A DNA stretch of 60,841 nucleotides, filler included. It is 4 parts of 4 records of this genome, joined end to end, with 100 filler letters (N's around TTAATTAATTAA, not from the genome) between each part and the next. Parts side by side here need not be neighbours in the genome. Positions count along the whole stretch, not along the records: positions 16,988 to 48,488 come from DRR723986_17202; positions 48,589 to 55,102 come from DRR723986_17225; 2 more parts are not named here. One strand, 5' to 3'. The position numbers and the translations under genes were made by a program. The stretch's first letter is position 1; each line of letters starts with the position of its first letter. A model generated the notes under the pieces. It saw nothing but the letters and a program-made list of their open reading frames with translations. It did not search any database and was not told the origin of the DNA. This document shows, one piece after another, positions 39,625-51,102 of the stretch.

Positions 39625-40965
39625 TTAGAACTTCTGTGAGCCCTTACCAAACTCTGGGTATGCTTCCATACCTAACTCGGAAATGTCTGCGCCTTTGGCT
39701 TCGTCTTCAGGCGAAAGACGAATACCGATGGATAATTTCAAGGCAAACCAAACAATTGCGCTGGAAATAGAGACAAATGCACCCACTGAAATTACACCTA
39801 TGATTTGAGGCAAAAATGAAACTTCAGTGTTTGTTATGGGCACTGCTAATGTTCCCCATATGCCGCAGACTAAATGAACTGAAATCGCACCCACAACGTC
39901 GTCAATCTTCAGCTTATCAAAAAGAGGAACAGCGAACACAACAAGCACGCCGCCAACAGCACCAATTAAGGTTGCTGAAATGGGAAGCGGGGTTAGCGGT
40001 TCTGCTGTAATAGACACGAGGCCAGCCAAAGCGCCATTTAATACCATTGACAGATCTACCTTTTTGTAAACCAAGTTTGTTGCAATGAAAGCCGCAATTG
40101 CGCCGCCAGCAGCGGCCATGTTGGTATTTACGAAAATGTTGGACACAGAAACTGCGTCACTAATTGTTCCCAGTGCTAATTGTGATGCTCCATTAAAGCC
40201 AAACCACCCAAACCAAAGGATAAAGGTGCCAAGGGTTGCAAGTGGCATGCTTGAGCCAGGTATGGGCCTTACTTTGCCGTCGATATAACGCCCGGCGCGC
40301 GGCCCTAAAATAATAGCCCCTACTAGGGCGGCCCATCCACCAGTGGAGTGAACAAGGGTTGAGCCTGCGAAATCCGAGAAACCCATTTGATCAAGCCAAC
40401 CTTCGCCCCATTCCCACGAGCCTTGAATTGGGTAAATAACACCAGCGAGAACAACGGTGAATATGAGAAAGGGCACAAGCTTAATGCGTTCTGCAACAGT
40501 TCCGGAAACAATCGAAGCTGTTGTTGCTACGAAAACCATTTGAAAAAAGAAATCGGAACCTGATGCGTAGCTGGCGGCGTCAGAACCGGCGGGCGATAAG
40601 CCTTCAGAGGCGATCAGCTCAACATCGTTAGGTGACCATAGAGAGAAGAAAGTGCCAAAATAGTTTTCAACGTCCATATACATAACGTTGTAACCCATAA
40701 GCATCCACATCAGGCTGGCAACCGCATACAGAGAGATGTTTTTCAGGCAAATGTCCGCAACGTTTTTTGAACGAACCAAACCAGCTTCCAGCATGGCAAA
40801 GCCAGCCGCCATCCACATCACCAAAAAGCCACCTATTAAGAAAAGGAGTGTATTAAAGATTACGGATGAATCCGTGGCAGGCGCCGCCGCCATAGTGGGG
40901 TTTGAGACCAAAAGTACACAGGCGCCTATAAGAGCACCCTTTGTTATAATATTCTTGTTTAACAT
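39625..40965 (-). CDS. amtB: Ammonium transporter
   Basis: FFQMVF, SGTVAER, DFAGSTLVH, WFGWFGFN, DDVVGAISVH. Confidence 0.96.
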   Translation of the reverse strand: MLNKNIITKGALIGACVLLVSNPTMAAAPATDSSVIFNTLLFLIGGFLVMWMAAGFAMLEAGLVRSKNVADICLKNISLYAVASLMWMLMGYNVMYMDVENYFGTFFSLWSPNDVELIASEGLSPAGSDAASYASGSDFFFQMVFVATTASIVSGTVAERIKLVPFLIFTVVLAGVIYPIQGSWEWGEGWLDQMGFSDFAGSTLVHSTGGWAALVGAIILGPRAGRYIDGKVRPIPGSSMPLATLGTFILWFGWFGFNGASQLALGTISDAVSVSNIFVNTNMAAAGGAIAAFIATNLVYKKVDLSMVLNGALAGLVSITAEPLTPLPISATLIGAVGGVLVVFAVPLFDKLKIDDVVGAISVHLVCGIWGTLAVPITNTEVSFLPQIIGVISVGAFVSISSAIVWFALKLSIGIRLSPEDEAKGADISELGMEAYPEFGKGSQKF

Positions 40966-40989
40966 TGCCTGTTAACCCTTTGAAATAAA

Positions 40990-41328
40990 TTAAAGTGCAT
41001 CGACATCAGTTTCACCGGTACGAATGCGAATAGCCTGAGAAAGATCGAGAACGAATATCTTCCCATCGCCGATTTGGCCGGTTTGGGCTGTGCTTTGAAC
41101 TGCCTCTATGGCCTGGTCAGCCAAATCGTCGTCAGTGGCAATTTCAAGTTTTACTTTGGGCAAAAAATGCACTTCATATTCGGCACCACGGTAAATTTCT
41201 TTTTGACCACGTTGACGGCCGTAGCCTTGAACCTCCGACACTGTCATGCCGGTTACGCCTATTTCAGCTAATGCGTCTCTTACAGGGTCTAGGCGATGCG
41301 GTTTAATAATTGCGATGATGTATTTCAT
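40990..41328 (-). CDS. glnK: PII nitrogen regulatory protein
   Basis: GYGRQRG..EIYRGAEY, GQIGDGKIFV, RIRTGE; directly upstream of amtB. Confidence 0.95.
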   Translation of the reverse strand: MKYIIAIIKPHRLDPVRDALAEIGVTGMTVSEVQGYGRQRGQKEIYRGAEYEVHFLPKVKLEIATDDDLADQAIEAVQSTAQTGQIGDGKIFVLDLSQAIRIRTGETDVDAL

Positions 41329-41397
41329 GTGCGCTTCCTGACTTACGCGTGATTAGAACTTGGCTTGCCCGCAAGCATCGCCTGTTTAAGCGCATAG

Positions 41398-41413
41398 AGC
41401 AGAAACCGTGCCA
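41398..41413 (-). promoter_or_regulatory. Sigma54 (-24/-12) promoter of glnK-amtB
   Basis: Minus strand TGGCACGGTTTCTGCT, GG-N10-GC. Confidence 0.85.
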
Positions 41414-41475
41414 GAAATTTTCTTGTTTTAATACAGTGGCTTGCGGACATTGTGGGAAGTTTGAATTCTCTATAT

Positions 41476-41510
41476 TGCCTAAATTTTATCTCTTGCTTAA
41501 TTTATAGGCA
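41476..41510. promoter_or_regulatory. NtrC-like enhancer site(s)
   Basis: TGCTTAATTTATAGGCA (TGC-N11-GCA, 41494-41510) plus a weaker TGCCTAAATTTT site at 41476, 60-100 nt upstream of the sigma54 motif. Confidence 0.6.
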
Positions 41511-41588
41511 GTTAAGAATTTCGTAATTGGCTCATCAGATTAAATCGCGCGCCTACCGTTGGTTTTGATGGTAGTTCTGCCGTGATTA

Positions 41589-42197
41589 ATGTACTCGCAG
41601 ACAAGGGGAATGGTTATGAAAGTATACGGGGATATAGTTTCAGGGAACTGCCTGAAGGTTAAATATGTAGCTGATTACCTGAGTCTTGATTATGAGTGGA
41701 TGCCGGTTGACGTTGTGGGCGGCGAGGCGCGCAAACCAGCGATGTTGGAGAAGAACCCAGTCGGTCAAGTTCCGTTTATCGAGTTAGACGACGGTAGGAC
41801 ATTGTCTCAGTCAAATGCTATTGTGCGTTATCTCGCAGAGGGCACTGCACTCATTCCATGTGATGCATATGAGCGAGCGAAAATGGACCAATGGCTATTT
41901 TGGGAGCAATATAGTCATGAAACAGCAATTGCTGTGGCACGCTTTCGGGTTTTGTTTTTGGGGCAGGCGATAAATGAACTGGACCCCGCATTAGTCGACA
42001 AAGGCAATGCAGCTTTAGATGTTATGGAAAATCACTTAAGTGATCACAAATGGTTTTCTGGAGAGGCGCTATCGTTAGCCGATGTTGCCCTTTATGCGTA
42101 CACACAATTTGCAGAGCAACCCGGATTTTCATTTGAAAATCGTCCAAACACAACGCTTTGGTTAGCTGAAACCAAGGCCTTTTTGAGTATTACTTAG
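41589..42197 (+). CDS. Glutathione S-transferase family protein
   Basis: SGNCLKV, NPVGQVP, SNAIVRYL, WLFWEQYSHE, SLADVALY. Confidence 0.92.
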   Translation: MYSQTRGMVMKVYGDIVSGNCLKVKYVADYLSLDYEWMPVDVVGGEARKPAMLEKNPVGQVPFIELDDGRTLSQSNAIVRYLAEGTALIPCDAYERAKMDQWLFWEQYSHETAIAVARFRVLFLGQAINELDPALVDKGNAALDVMENHLSDHKWFSGEALSLADVALYAYTQFAEQPGFSFENRPNTTLWLAETKAFLSIT

Positions 42198-42615
42198 TCT
42201 TGGATAGAGCTACTAAAGCTTTCATGGCATCTTCAACTCTATTTTCAGGGACAAATAGATGATCGTGGTGGAAAGCTGCAACCGGATTAACGCCCATGCC
42301 TATTTCAGTTAGCTTTGTTGCAATGGCTGCGATAAAGCCAACGGCTTCCAAAGATGAATGAATATTCAAAGTGATCATCCGGCTGGGAAATTCATGGTCA
42401 ATACCATGTGAAACTGCTGTCTCCCGCAGTAAAATAAGAGTTTTTCCCTCTATTTCTTCAAAAGTCATGATAGGCGCAAGGTGGTTTGTGTCCATGTCAA
42501 GCGCAACGGTTGCAAAGACATATGTTCCAGGCCGCAAAACCGGCTGCATTGATTGCAGAAGGGTTTCTAAGTTCAATTCTCCGGACATAACGCACTCCGT
42601 TAGGAAAATAACCAT
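42190..42615 (-). CDS. ACT-domain protein (DUF2241-like)
   Basis: MSGE.NL..LL.SM.P, HSSLEAVG, NPVAAFHHDHLFV. Confidence 0.85.
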   Translation of the reverse strand: MVIFLTECVMSGELNLETLLQSMQPVLRPGTYVFATVALDMDTNHLAPIMTFEEIEGKTLILLRETAVSHGIDHEFPSRMITLNIHSSLEAVGFIAAIATKLTEIGMGVNPVAAFHHDHLFVPENRVEDAMKALVALSKTK

Positions 42616-42695
42616 TTGAATGGAAAAAGCTTACACTAAACCAGCAAGCTAGTTTAACGAAAACAGCGCATTTCAAAACTGTAGAAATTGCATAG

Positions 42696-42785
42696 TGGCG
42701 GGCGGGGTGGGATTCGAACCCACGAAGGGCTTGCACCCTTGCTGGTTTTCAAGACCAGTGCATTCAACCGCTCTGCCACCCGCCC
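42696..42785 (-). tRNA. tRNA-Ser(TGA)
   Basis: GGGCGGG acceptor stem, anticodon arm CTGGT-CTTGAAA-ACCAG, long variable arm, GGTTCGAATCC T-arm, encoded CCA; 90 nt. Confidence 0.96.
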
Positions 42786-43040
42786 GGATAAGAAGATTGA
42801 CTGAATCTGGAGCGGTTTTTAACGGCTGAAATTGTCCCCGTCCAGCTTAAAGTGATGGTCAAGCGAATTTGGTGAAAAAAAGACCGCAAAAAGCTGTTCA
42901 TTCGTCTTGCTTGTGGGCTTGGGAATTGCTAGAAACTTATAAGCATAGCCACAACATCTCGGGGTTTCCAGATCGGCAGGGGCTATATGTTTGTTTAAGC
43001 GCACGCGGGCATGCCCCGCACACGAGAGGGGCCGCACCCG

Positions 43041-45809
43041 GTGAGCGATAATACACCAATTCCGCCACAAGAGCGTGATATCCACCCAATAAAAATTGAA
43101 GATGAGATGAAGACATCGTACCTCGATTATGCCATGAGCGTAATTGTTTCGAGGGCGTTGCCTGATGTGCGAGATGGTCTCAAGCCTGTTCATCGCCGCA
43201 TTCTCTATTCCATGCATGAAAATGGGTATGAGTGGAATAAGCCGTTTCGCAAGTCTGCACGTATTGTCGGTGACGTTATGGGTAAGTATCACCCGCACGG
43301 TGATAGTGCCATTTATGACGCGCTTGTGCGTATGGCACAGGACTTTTCCATGCGCGCGCCACTGGTGGACGGGCAGGGCAACTTTGGCTCGATGGACGGC
43401 GATAATGCCGCTGCTATGCGTTACACCGAAGCGCGAATGGCTAAAGTGTCATCAGTTCTGTTGGCTGACATTGACAAAGATACCGTTAACTTTAGGCCTA
43501 ACTATGATGAAAGCGAGCATGAGCCGGTTGTCCTGCCTGCGCGCTTCCCGAATTTGTTGGTTAACGGCGGTACGGGTATCGCGGTTGGTATGGCGACAAA
43601 TATCCCGCCGCACAGCCTGCGTGAGGTAATTGACGGTGTTTTTGCGCTCATCGACAATCCGGATATTGATGTCGAAGGCTTGATGGAACATGTCAAGGGT
43701 CCTGACTTGCCAACAGGCGCAAGCATCCTTGGGCTTAGCGGCATTCGCCAAGCCTATGAAACCGGCAAAGGCTCCATAACAATCCGAAGTAAAACGCATA
43801 TTGAAGAAGTGCGTAAAGATCGAAGTGCGATCATCATCACTGAAGTACCGTTTCAGGTAAATAAGGCCTCGATGATCGAGAAGATCGCTGAATGTGTTCA
43901 AACCAAACGGATTGAAGGCATTTCTGACCTGCGGGATGAAAGCGACCGCGACGGTGTACGCGTAGTTATTGAGCTCAAGCGCGATGCTGTGCCTGAGGTT
44001 GTTCTTAACCAGCTTTATCGCTTCACGCAGGTGCAAACCAGCTTCGGCATAAATATGCTGGCGATTAATGGCGGCAAGCCTGAGCAGTTAACACTTAAAG
44101 CTGTGTTGCAGGCGTTTATTGATTTCCGCGAAGAAGTGATTACCCGCAGAACAAAGTTCGAGCTTAACAAAGCGCGCGACCGTGCCCACTTAATGGTTGG
44201 TTTGGTTACAGCGGTTGCCAATATTGATGAAGTTGTCGCGATTATCCGCGGGGCAACTTCGCCCGCCGCAGCAAGAGAAGCCCTGGCCGCAAAAAGATGG
44301 GACACCACAGATATCCTGTCTTATCTGGAGCTTATCAATGAGGCAGGCCGTATCAATGATGATGGTACCTATCAGCTTTCCGAGCTGCAGATTAAAGCCA
44401 TTCTGGATTTGCGCTTGCACCGCCTAACGGCGCTTGGTCGGGATGAGATCGGCGGCGAATTGGAAACTTTGGCGCAGAAAATTCGGGAATATCTGGAAAT
44501 TTTACAGTCTAGAGAGCGTTTGTTTGAAGTTTTGCGCGAAGAGCTTGTTGAAGTTCAGGCAGAGTTTGGTAATGACCGCCGCACAGAAATTGACACGACA
44601 ACAATAAACTCGTTTGAAGACGAAGACCTGATTGCCCGTGAAGACATGGTCGTAACGGTAACACATTCTGGCTACATCAAGCGTGTGCCGCTATCCACAT
44701 ACCGTGCCCAGCGCCGGGGTGGTAAAGGCCGATCAGGCATGCAGACCAAAGACGAAGACTTTTTGTCCACGCTGTTTGTGGCTGACACTCATACGCCGGT
44801 ATTATTCTTCTCCAATTTGGGGCAGGTCTATAAAATGAAGGTGTGGAAACTGCCGATAGGTAGCCCACAGTCAAAAGGTAAGGCAGTCATTAACATGTTG
44901 CCGCTTCAGCAAGGCGAAACCATCGCCACTATCTTGCCGTTACCGGAAGATGAGGAAACCTGGGGTGACTTGCATGTCATGTTTGCTACAGCCAAGGGTA
45001 ATGTACGCCGCAATCTGCTCTCTGACTTCTCAAATGTTATGGCTAACGGCAAAATCGCCATTCGGTTCTCTGACGAGGATGATAAGCTTATTGGCGTCGA
45101 TGTTTGTACCGAAGATGATGACATTCTGCTCGCGGCGAGCGGGGGCAGGGCTATTCGTTTCAAGGCGACAGATGTTCGTTTGTTCGTTGGTCGCACATCA
45201 ACCGGTGTTCGCGGGATGAAGTTTGGCAAAGACGAATCTGTTGTTTCTATGTGCGTTATTAACAGCACCAATGCCACAGCAGATGAACGCACCGCTTACC
45301 TCAAGGCTGCCGCTTGGAAGTCTGAACCAGGTGAGCAAACACTTTCAGACGAGCGTATGGCTGAACTCGCGGCGCCAGAACAGTTTATTTTAACTGTGAC
45401 GAACGCCGGCTTCGGTAAGCGCACCAGCAGCCATGAATACCGGGTAACGGGTCGTGGCGGGCAGGGCATATGGAATGTGCCTTCCAATGACAGCCTACGG
45501 GCAGATATTGGGCCAGTTGTCGGTGTATTCCCAATCACCGTTGATGAACAGCTTATGATGGTGACCGATCAAGGCAAGCTTATCCGCACCCCAGTGCATG
45601 ATGTGCGCATTGCTAGCCGAAATACCAAAGGTGTGACTTTGTTTAAAGTTGCAGACAATGAAAAAATCGTCTCCGTTGCCAAACTTCATGAGGCAGATGA
45701 CGACGAAGATGATGAAGACAATGTGTCCGAAGCCGGTGAAGGCAATGCAGAAGGTGCTGCTGATGCAACACCTGATAATGGGGAAATTGCGGAATCCACT
45801 GAAGAATAA
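43041..45809 (+). CDS. gyrA: DNA gyrase subunit A
   Basis: [45 protein letters not shown], GyrA-box QRRGGKG; GTG start at 43041. Confidence 0.98.
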   Translation: MSDNTPIPPQERDIHPIKIEDEMKTSYLDYAMSVIVSRALPDVRDGLKPVHRRILYSMHENGYEWNKPFRKSARIVGDVMGKYHPHGDSAIYDALVRMAQDFSMRAPLVDGQGNFGSMDGDNAAAMRYTEARMAKVSSVLLADIDKDTVNFRPNYDESEHEPVVLPARFPNLLVNGGTGIAVGMATNIPPHSLREVIDGVFALIDNPDIDVEGLMEHVKGPDLPTGASILGLSGIRQAYETGKGSITIRSKTHIEEVRKDRSAIIITEVPFQVNKASMIEKIAECVQTKRIEGISDLRDESDRDGVRVVIELKRDAVPEVVLNQLYRFTQVQTSFGINMLAINGGKPEQLTLKAVLQAFIDFREEVITRRTKFELNKARDRAHLMVGLVTAVANIDEVVAIIRGATSPAAAREALAAKRWDTTDILSYLELINEAGRINDDGTYQLSELQIKAILDLRLHRLTALGRDEIGGELETLAQKIREYLEILQSRERLFEVLREELVEVQAEFGNDRRTEIDTTTINSFEDEDLIAREDMVVTVTHSGYIKRVPLSTYRAQRRGGKGRSGMQTKDEDFLSTLFVADTHTPVLFFSNLGQVYKMKVWKLPIGSPQSKGKAVINMLPLQQGETIATILPLPEDEETWGDLHVMFATAKGNVRRNLLSDFSNVMANGKIAIRFSDEDDKLIGVDVCTEDDDILLAASGGRAIRFKATDVRLFVGRTSTGVRGMKFGKDESVVSMCVINSTNATADERTAYLKAAAWKSEPGEQTLSDERMAELAAPEQFILTVTNAGFGKRTSSHEYRVTGRGGQGIWNVPSNDSLRADIGPVVGVFPITVDEQLMMVTDQGKLIRTPVHDVRIASRNTKGVTLFKVADNEKIVSVAKLHEADDDEDDEDNVSEAGEGNAEGAADATPDNGEIAESTEE

Positions 45810-45860
45810 TAACCAACTAAAACAATATTTTAGGGCTGGCTGTTTATGTGATAGCTGGCC

Positions 45861-46490
45861 CTAGTTATTTATAAACAATAACAAAGTTGCGCCAGCGGCT
45901 AGCACCCCTCCCGATATTTTGTTTGCCAAAGAAAGCTTGTCTTTTTGTGTCAGGAAGTTTTTGGCTTTGGTTGCTGTAAAAACCCAACCCATGTCCATGA
46001 TAAAGGCAATGAGTAAAAAGGTAATGGATAGTGTTATAAGCTGCGGTGTTACCGGCAGGTTTTCCGTGATAAATTGTGGAAAAAAGGCTGCGAAAAACAA
46101 AATTGTTTTTGGACTTGTGGCACAAATAAAAATCGCCTTCAGGTAACTGGCATATACCGGCGCTTCTCTAGGAGGTAAAATGTTTGCTTCTGTTGCCTCA
46201 ATTGGGCGCTTGAAAGCTTGATAAGCCAAAAAATATAAATAGAGCGCGCCAGCATAGCGCACAGTCTCAAGGATAATGTCGGGCAGTGCAGCCACAGTGG
46301 CAAAACCAAACAGGTTAATAGCTAAATAGATGAAAGAGGCTGTAGTCGCGCCGACCACAACAGCAAGTCCATGACGCGCACCATCACGCAGTGTTTCTGC
46401 AACAATCAAGCTAACGATTGGACCTGGCGAGAATATGAACCCCGCTGTTGCGGCAATAAAAAGCCCAAATAAAACTGGATCTATAGGCAT
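45861..46490 (-). CDS. LysE/RhtB family exporter
   Basis: SPGP, GALYL, SPKTILFF.AFFPQF. Confidence 0.88.
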   Translation of the reverse strand: MPIDPVLFGLFIAATAGFIFSPGPIVSLIVAETLRDGARHGLAVVVGATTASFIYLAINLFGFATVAALPDIILETVRYAGALYLYFLAYQAFKRPIEATEANILPPREAPVYASYLKAIFICATSPKTILFFAAFFPQFITENLPVTPQLITLSITFLLIAFIMDMGWVFTATKAKNFLTQKDKLSLANKISGGVLAAGATLLLFINN

Positions 46491-46627
46491 GATTTGTCCT
46501 GGCTTTTGTCCTGACGACGAAGATTAGCGTTATGATTGGCACCGTTTACACTTGTCTTTTTAGACATATTCGGGAATGTTGCCGCTATGCAATTAAAATG
46601 ATCGTATCCCACTAAGAGAGGCAGGCC

Positions 46628-47140
46628 ATGGTAAAAAAGCGCGTTGGTGTGTACCCGGGAACTTTTGACCCCATTACAAATGGGCATATGGATATTATTA
46701 AACGTGGACTTGGACTGGTTGATAAATTGGTCATTGGGGTGGCAACTAACCCCAGTAAAAACCCATTGTTCAGCTTACAGGAGCGTGTTGATATTGTAAC
46801 CAGAGAAACTGCGGTGTTGGCTGAAAACTCTGGGACAACGATAGAGGTTGCTCAATTTGATGAGCTATTGATGAAGTTTGCGGAACGTGTCGGCGCAGAT
46901 TTCATCATAAGGGGATTGCGAGCGGTCGCTGACTTTGAATATGAATTTCAAATGACCGGCATGAATTACCAAATTAACCCGAATATCGAAACTGTGTTTT
47001 TGATGGCAGACCCGAAATATCAAACTATTGCTTCGCGCTTGGTGAAAGAAGTTGCCATGTACGGCGGTAACATTACGGCTTTTGTTCCACCTAGAGTTGG
47101 TTTAGAAGTCGTCGCCAAAGTTGACGGCATGGTGAAGTAA
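46628..47140 (+). CDS. coaD: Phosphopantetheine adenylyltransferase
   Basis: YPGTFDPITNGHMDII, RGLRAVADFEYE. Confidence 0.97.
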   Translation: MVKKRVGVYPGTFDPITNGHMDIIKRGLGLVDKLVIGVATNPSKNPLFSLQERVDIVTRETAVLAENSGTTIEVAQFDELLMKFAERVGADFIIRGLRAVADFEYEFQMTGMNYQINPNIETVFLMADPKYQTIASRLVKEVAMYGGNITAFVPPRVGLEVVAKVDGMVK

Positions 47141-47170
47141 GTAGTTCAACAGTAATATAACTCAAAACCG

Positions 47171-47734
47171 ATGGATCACATGACTATGATGCGTTTCCTG
47201 ACAATATTTTTTCTAGCGATGGGCATTTTTATGACTAATCAAACTGACGAAGTACAAGCTCAGCAAGACGGGCCTGACTTGGAAAACACTCTGTATATGG
47301 ACCTTGAATTTGGGCGTGTTGTAATTTCTATGCGTCCTGATATTGCGCCGAAGCATGTTGCCAGAATAAAGCAGCTCGCTCGTGAAGGTTTTTACGACGG
47401 CCTTATTTTCCACCGAGTTATTCCGGGCTTCATGGCACAGGGCGGCGACCCAGACGGCAATGGTAGAGGGGGGTCTGGCCAAAATATTCCGGCAGAGTTT
47501 AATAATGTTCCGCATTTACGAGGCACGCTTTCAATGGCACGTGCCTCTGACCCCGATAGCGCTGACAGTCAATTCTTCATTTGTTTTACGCGCTGTGCTG
47601 CGCTTGATTACGAATATACTGTCTGGGGTCGTGTTGCTGCGGGTATGGAATTTGTTGACCAAATTGCGGTAGGTGAACCCCCGCGAAACCCAAGTAAAAT
47701 AATTAAAATGCAGGTTGCAGCAGACGCGAAGTAA
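47171..47734 (+). CDS. Cyclophilin-type peptidyl-prolyl isomerase
   Basis: FHRVIPGFMAQGGDP, SMARA, SQFFI. Confidence 0.93.
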   Translation: MDHMTMMRFLTIFFLAMGIFMTNQTDEVQAQQDGPDLENTLYMDLEFGRVVISMRPDIAPKHVARIKQLAREGFYDGLIFHRVIPGFMAQGGDPDGNGRGGSGQNIPAEFNNVPHLRGTLSMARASDPDSADSQFFICFTRCAALDYEYTVWGRVAAGMEFVDQIAVGEPPRNPSKIIKMQVAADAK

Positions 47735-47875
47735 GTGCTGGACCTGCGTTTTCTTATGAGCTGACTTAGTTTTCAACACTCCCATTTTATCTGGCGAATA
47801 TTGGATAGCGGCATTTTGCACATCAGTGCATGATGCCGCTTGTCCTTTGAGGCCGCTTCAGCTAAAAGCCGCGCC

Positions 47876-48488
47876 ATGAATATTGAATTGTTTAATTTTG
47901 ATCTGCCGCGCGAAAATATCGCGTTGAGACCAGCAAGCCCGCGGGATAGTGCTCGTATGCTTGTCGTATCACAGACGGGGCTCACAGATGATTGTGTGGC
48001 CAATTTATGCGATCAATTAACCTCGCAAGATGTTTTGGTATTCAATGACACGCGAGTTATCCCCGGTCGTTTGATCGGCAAACGCGGCGAAGCCAATATA
48101 GAAGTAACCCTGCACAAGCGGGAGAGCGATTATGTTTGGCGCGCATTCGCGAAACCTGCAAAAAAAGCACGGCTAGGCGATACACTAGACTTTAGTGGCC
48201 TATTGGCGCATGTGGTTGCAGTCGGTGATGAAGGTGAACGCACCCTCAAGTTTATTGTTGAAGACGGAGACATGACAGCCGCGCTTGAAGGCCACGGTGT
48301 TATGCCATTGCCGCCGTATATTGCCTCACAGCGTCTAGTGGACGAGCAAGACAGGCGTGACTATCAAACAATATATGCCAAAGAAGACGGCGCGGTTGCG
48401 GCGCCAACTGCCGGACTGCATTTCACCCCCGAAATGATGGATGGCCTGAAGGCGAAGGGGGTCGGGTTCGCAACTGTTACGTTACATG
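47876..48488 (+). CDS. queA: S-adenosylmethionine:tRNA ribosyltransferase-isomerase, truncated by contig end
   Basis: FDLP..IA.RP, VFNDTRVIP, PLPPYI, YQT.YA, AAPTAGLHFT, VTLH. Confidence 0.95.
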
Positions 48489-48588
48489 NNNNNNNNNNNN
48501 NNNNNNNNNNNNNNNNNNNNNNNNNNNNNNNNTTAATTAATTAANNNNNNNNNNNNNNNNNNNNNNNNNNNNNNNNNNNNNNNNNNNN
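48489..48588. other. Artificial contig spacer
   Basis: N-run, TTAATTAATTAA, N-run. Confidence 0.98.
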
Positions 48589-48589
48589 T

Positions 48590-49102
48590 CTGTCCGAAGA
48601 CCGCAAGGGTGACGGCATTTTTCTTGATCTCCCGATATCGTCCAATGTCTCGGCGCTCAAACTGGAGCAGGTCGCGGGACGCTTTGGGTTGATAAGCAAG
48701 TCCGCCGAGGAGACCCAGGCAAGTGAACTGGGTTTTAAGCTGAACCTGAAATACGGCGCGCTGGAAAATCCGGTCTCCTCCCTCTCAGGCGGCAATCAGC
48801 AAAAGGTGGCACTGGCCAAGATGTTGTCCATCAGTCCGCGATTGATCTTTCTGGATGAACCAACGCGCGGTGTGGATGTGGGTGCAAAATCGGAGATTCA
48901 TCGAATCCTGCGTGATCTCGCAAATGAAGGCGTGGGCATTGTCGTGATATCGTCGGAATTGCCCGAGTTAATCGGCGTCTGTGACAGGGTTTTGGTGGTG
49001 CGCGAAGGGCGCATCAGCGGCGCTGTCACGGGTGACGCGATGACCGAAGAAAACATCATGTGCCTGGCGTCTGTCATGAAGGCGGAGGCGGTAACGCAAT
49101 GA
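48590..49102 (+). CDS. Sugar ABC ATP-binding protein (RbsA-like), 3' fragment
   Basis: [36 protein letters not shown]. Confidence 0.92.
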   Translation: MSEDRKGDGIFLDLPISSNVSALKLEQVAGRFGLISKSAEETQASELGFKLNLKYGALENPVSSLSGGNQQKVALAKMLSISPRLIFLDEPTRGVDVGAKSEIHRILRDLANEGVGIVVISSELPELIGVCDRVLVVREGRISGAVTGDAMTEENIMCLASVMKAEAVTQ

Positions 49103-50118
49103 ACGGGAATTACGACATGTCAAACTCAGAGGCCCTTGTCGATCCGGCCAGCGCGGATCGCGCGCGTTCTTCTCTGATCGGGCGAATGCTCAGGATGCGG
49201 GAAACGGGCCTTGTGGTCATCATCCTGCTGTTGTTCGTGATCATGACCTTCGCCTCGCCCTATTTTCTGACCTGGGCCAATATGCGGGCGATGTCGATGG
49301 CTTTTGCCGTGGATGGGCTCCTGGTTATCGGGATGACGATCCTCCTGATTTCAGGCGGCATCGACCTTTCGGTCGGGTCGGTGACTGCTCTGGCCATGGT
49401 TGTCGCTGGATGGTTGTTCCTGAGTGGGGTCGATCCATGGCTCGCCTCAGCAATATCAATTGCGATGTGCACGGGCATCGGCGCCTTCATGGGCTTTTTC
49501 GTGACCCGCGTCGGACTTCACCATTTCATTGTTTCGCTGGCGGTGATGGTCATTGCACGGGGCGCCTGCCTCTTGTTCACCGGAGGGCGACCACTAGGGC
49601 TTTTCACTCTACCGCCCGAGTTCAAGTTCATCGGACAGGGAACAATCGGTCCTGTCCCGATTGTTATCGTCATCTTTCTGGTCTTCGTGGTCGCCTTTGA
49701 TTTCATGTTGCGCCACACGACGATGTTCCGGAAGGTCTTCTATACCGGCAGCAACGAAAAGGCCGCCGCCTATTCCGGCATTCGGACCAAGAAGGTGATC
49801 TTTCTGACCACCACACTGTGTTCTACGCTCTGTGGTGTCGCCGGTATCATATATATGGCGCGTTTCGGGTCAGCGCAGCCCACGTTTGGTCTGGGGCTGG
49901 AACTGACAATCATTGCAGCGGCTGTCATTGGTGGCGCCAGCCTGAACGGTGGATCGGGGTCGATCCTAGGGGCAATTCTGGGTGTTATCCTTTTGTCATT
50001 GGTTTCTAGCTCGCTCGCATTGCTGGATGTGTCGGTCTATTGGCAGGACATCATACGTGGATCCATTCTGCTGGCTGCCGTGACAATCGATCACTACCTG
50101 AACAAGCGGCGGAGATAG
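49099..50118 (+). CDS. Sugar ABC permease (RbsC-like)
   Basis: [33 protein letters not shown]. Confidence 0.92.
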   Translation: MNGNYDMSNSEALVDPASADRARSSLIGRMLRMRETGLVVIILLLFVIMTFASPYFLTWANMRAMSMAFAVDGLLVIGMTILLISGGIDLSVGSVTALAMVVAGWLFLSGVDPWLASAISIAMCTGIGAFMGFFVTRVGLHHFIVSLAVMVIARGACLLFTGGRPLGLFTLPPEFKFIGQGTIGPVPIVIVIFLVFVVAFDFMLRHTTMFRKVFYTGSNEKAAAYSGIRTKKVIFLTTTLCSTLCGVAGIIYMARFGSAQPTFGLGLELTIIAAAVIGGASLNGGSGSILGAILGVILLSLVSSSLALLDVSVYWQDIIRGSILLAAVTIDHYLNKRRR

Positions 50119-50121
50119 ATC

Positions 50122-51102
50122 ATGGCCAATAACCAGAAAGATTTCGAACAAATTCGCCAGATCCACACGGTCCTGATGCTTCATTTTCTCGAAGGTCAGA
50201 AACAATCCGACATCGCCAAGAGGCTCAACCTGTCGACATCCAAGGTCAATCGCCTGATCACTCAGGGCCGCAAGCTTGGCATGGTCAAGATCGATATTGA
50301 AAGCCCGTTTCAGATGTTGATGGATCTGGAGCGCGAACTTGCCGCGGCAACTGGGCTCTCTGATGCGGTGGTCACACCCTCGATCCACGGCAGTGCAGAG
50401 ACGACACTCCAACAGGTCGGACGCGTTGCGGCCCATCATCTAATGGAAACCTTGCGCGATGGCGACGTGATCGCGATAACAGGTGGTAAAGCCATTAGCG
50501 CGGTTGTTGATGGGCTGACCCCGGATCAGGACATCGACGTGACCGTGGTGCCATTGACCGGCGGAGTACAGGGCAAGTTCTACACAGATGTGAACCATCT
50601 GGCCAATCGTATGGCTGACCGTCTGGGTGGAAAGACGCTGTTGATGCACGCGCCTCTCTTTGCAGAAACGCGTGAACAACGCGATATGCTGATGGAAGTT
50701 GCCTCTATCCGGGAGGTTCTTGATTTGGCCCGTCGCGCGACGGTGGCCCTGGTCGGGGTCGGATCCATCGAACCTGAAGGATCAAGTTACTACGATTTAC
50801 ACCCGGTTCCTGAGGCAGACCGCAAGATGTTGGTTGGAATGGGTGTCGTAGGTGAATTCCTCGCCCATCTCCTGCACGGGAACGGGGCGATATCGAATTA
50901 CTCGTTGAACTCGCGCCTCGTCGCTTTGCCCCCCGCAGATTTGAAGCAATGCGCCCGTGTTATCGGCGTCGCATCAGGGGCAGAAAAGATTCTGCCCATC
51001 ACGGCAGCACTGAACGGCGGCTTTCTCAATTCGCTCATCGCGGATGAAGAAACCGTCAAAGGTATTCTGGAGAGAATGAAAGGTTCGCAAAATGTCGCAT
51101 GA
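50122..51102 (+). CDS. SorC/LsrR-family sugar-binding transcriptional regulator
   Basis: N-terminal HTH (QSDIAKRLNLSTSKVNRL) plus sugar-binding domain (VASGAEK, LIADE). Confidence 0.9.
   Translation: MANNQKDFEQIRQIHTVLMLHFLEGQKQSDIAKRLNLSTSKVNRLITQGRKLGMVKIDIESPFQMLMDLERELAAATGLSDAVVTPSIHGSAETTLQQVGRVAAHHLMETLRDGDVIAITGGKAISAVVDGLTPDQDIDVTVVPLTGGVQGKFYTDVNHLANRMADRLGGKTLLMHAPLFAETREQRDMLMEVASIREVLDLARRATVALVGVGSIEPEGSSYYDLHPVPEADRKMLVGMGVVGEFLAHLLHGNGAISNYSLNSRLVALPPADLKQCARVIGVASGAEKILPITAALNGGFLNSLIADEETVKGILERMKGSQNVA

Noticed and set aside
41589-42785. Genomic island integrated at tRNA-Ser
   Set aside because: No integrase, no duplicated tRNA 3' end seen, and the neighbours are ordinary genes.
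42696-42785. tRNA-Sec matching the selenoprotein
   Set aside because: The anticodon is TGA (reads UCA, Ser), not TCA; it has a normal 7-bp acceptor stem and is on another contig.
43285-43325. Quinolone-resistance substitution in GyrA
   Set aside because: The QRDR reads HGDSAIYD, the wild-type Ser/Asp pattern.
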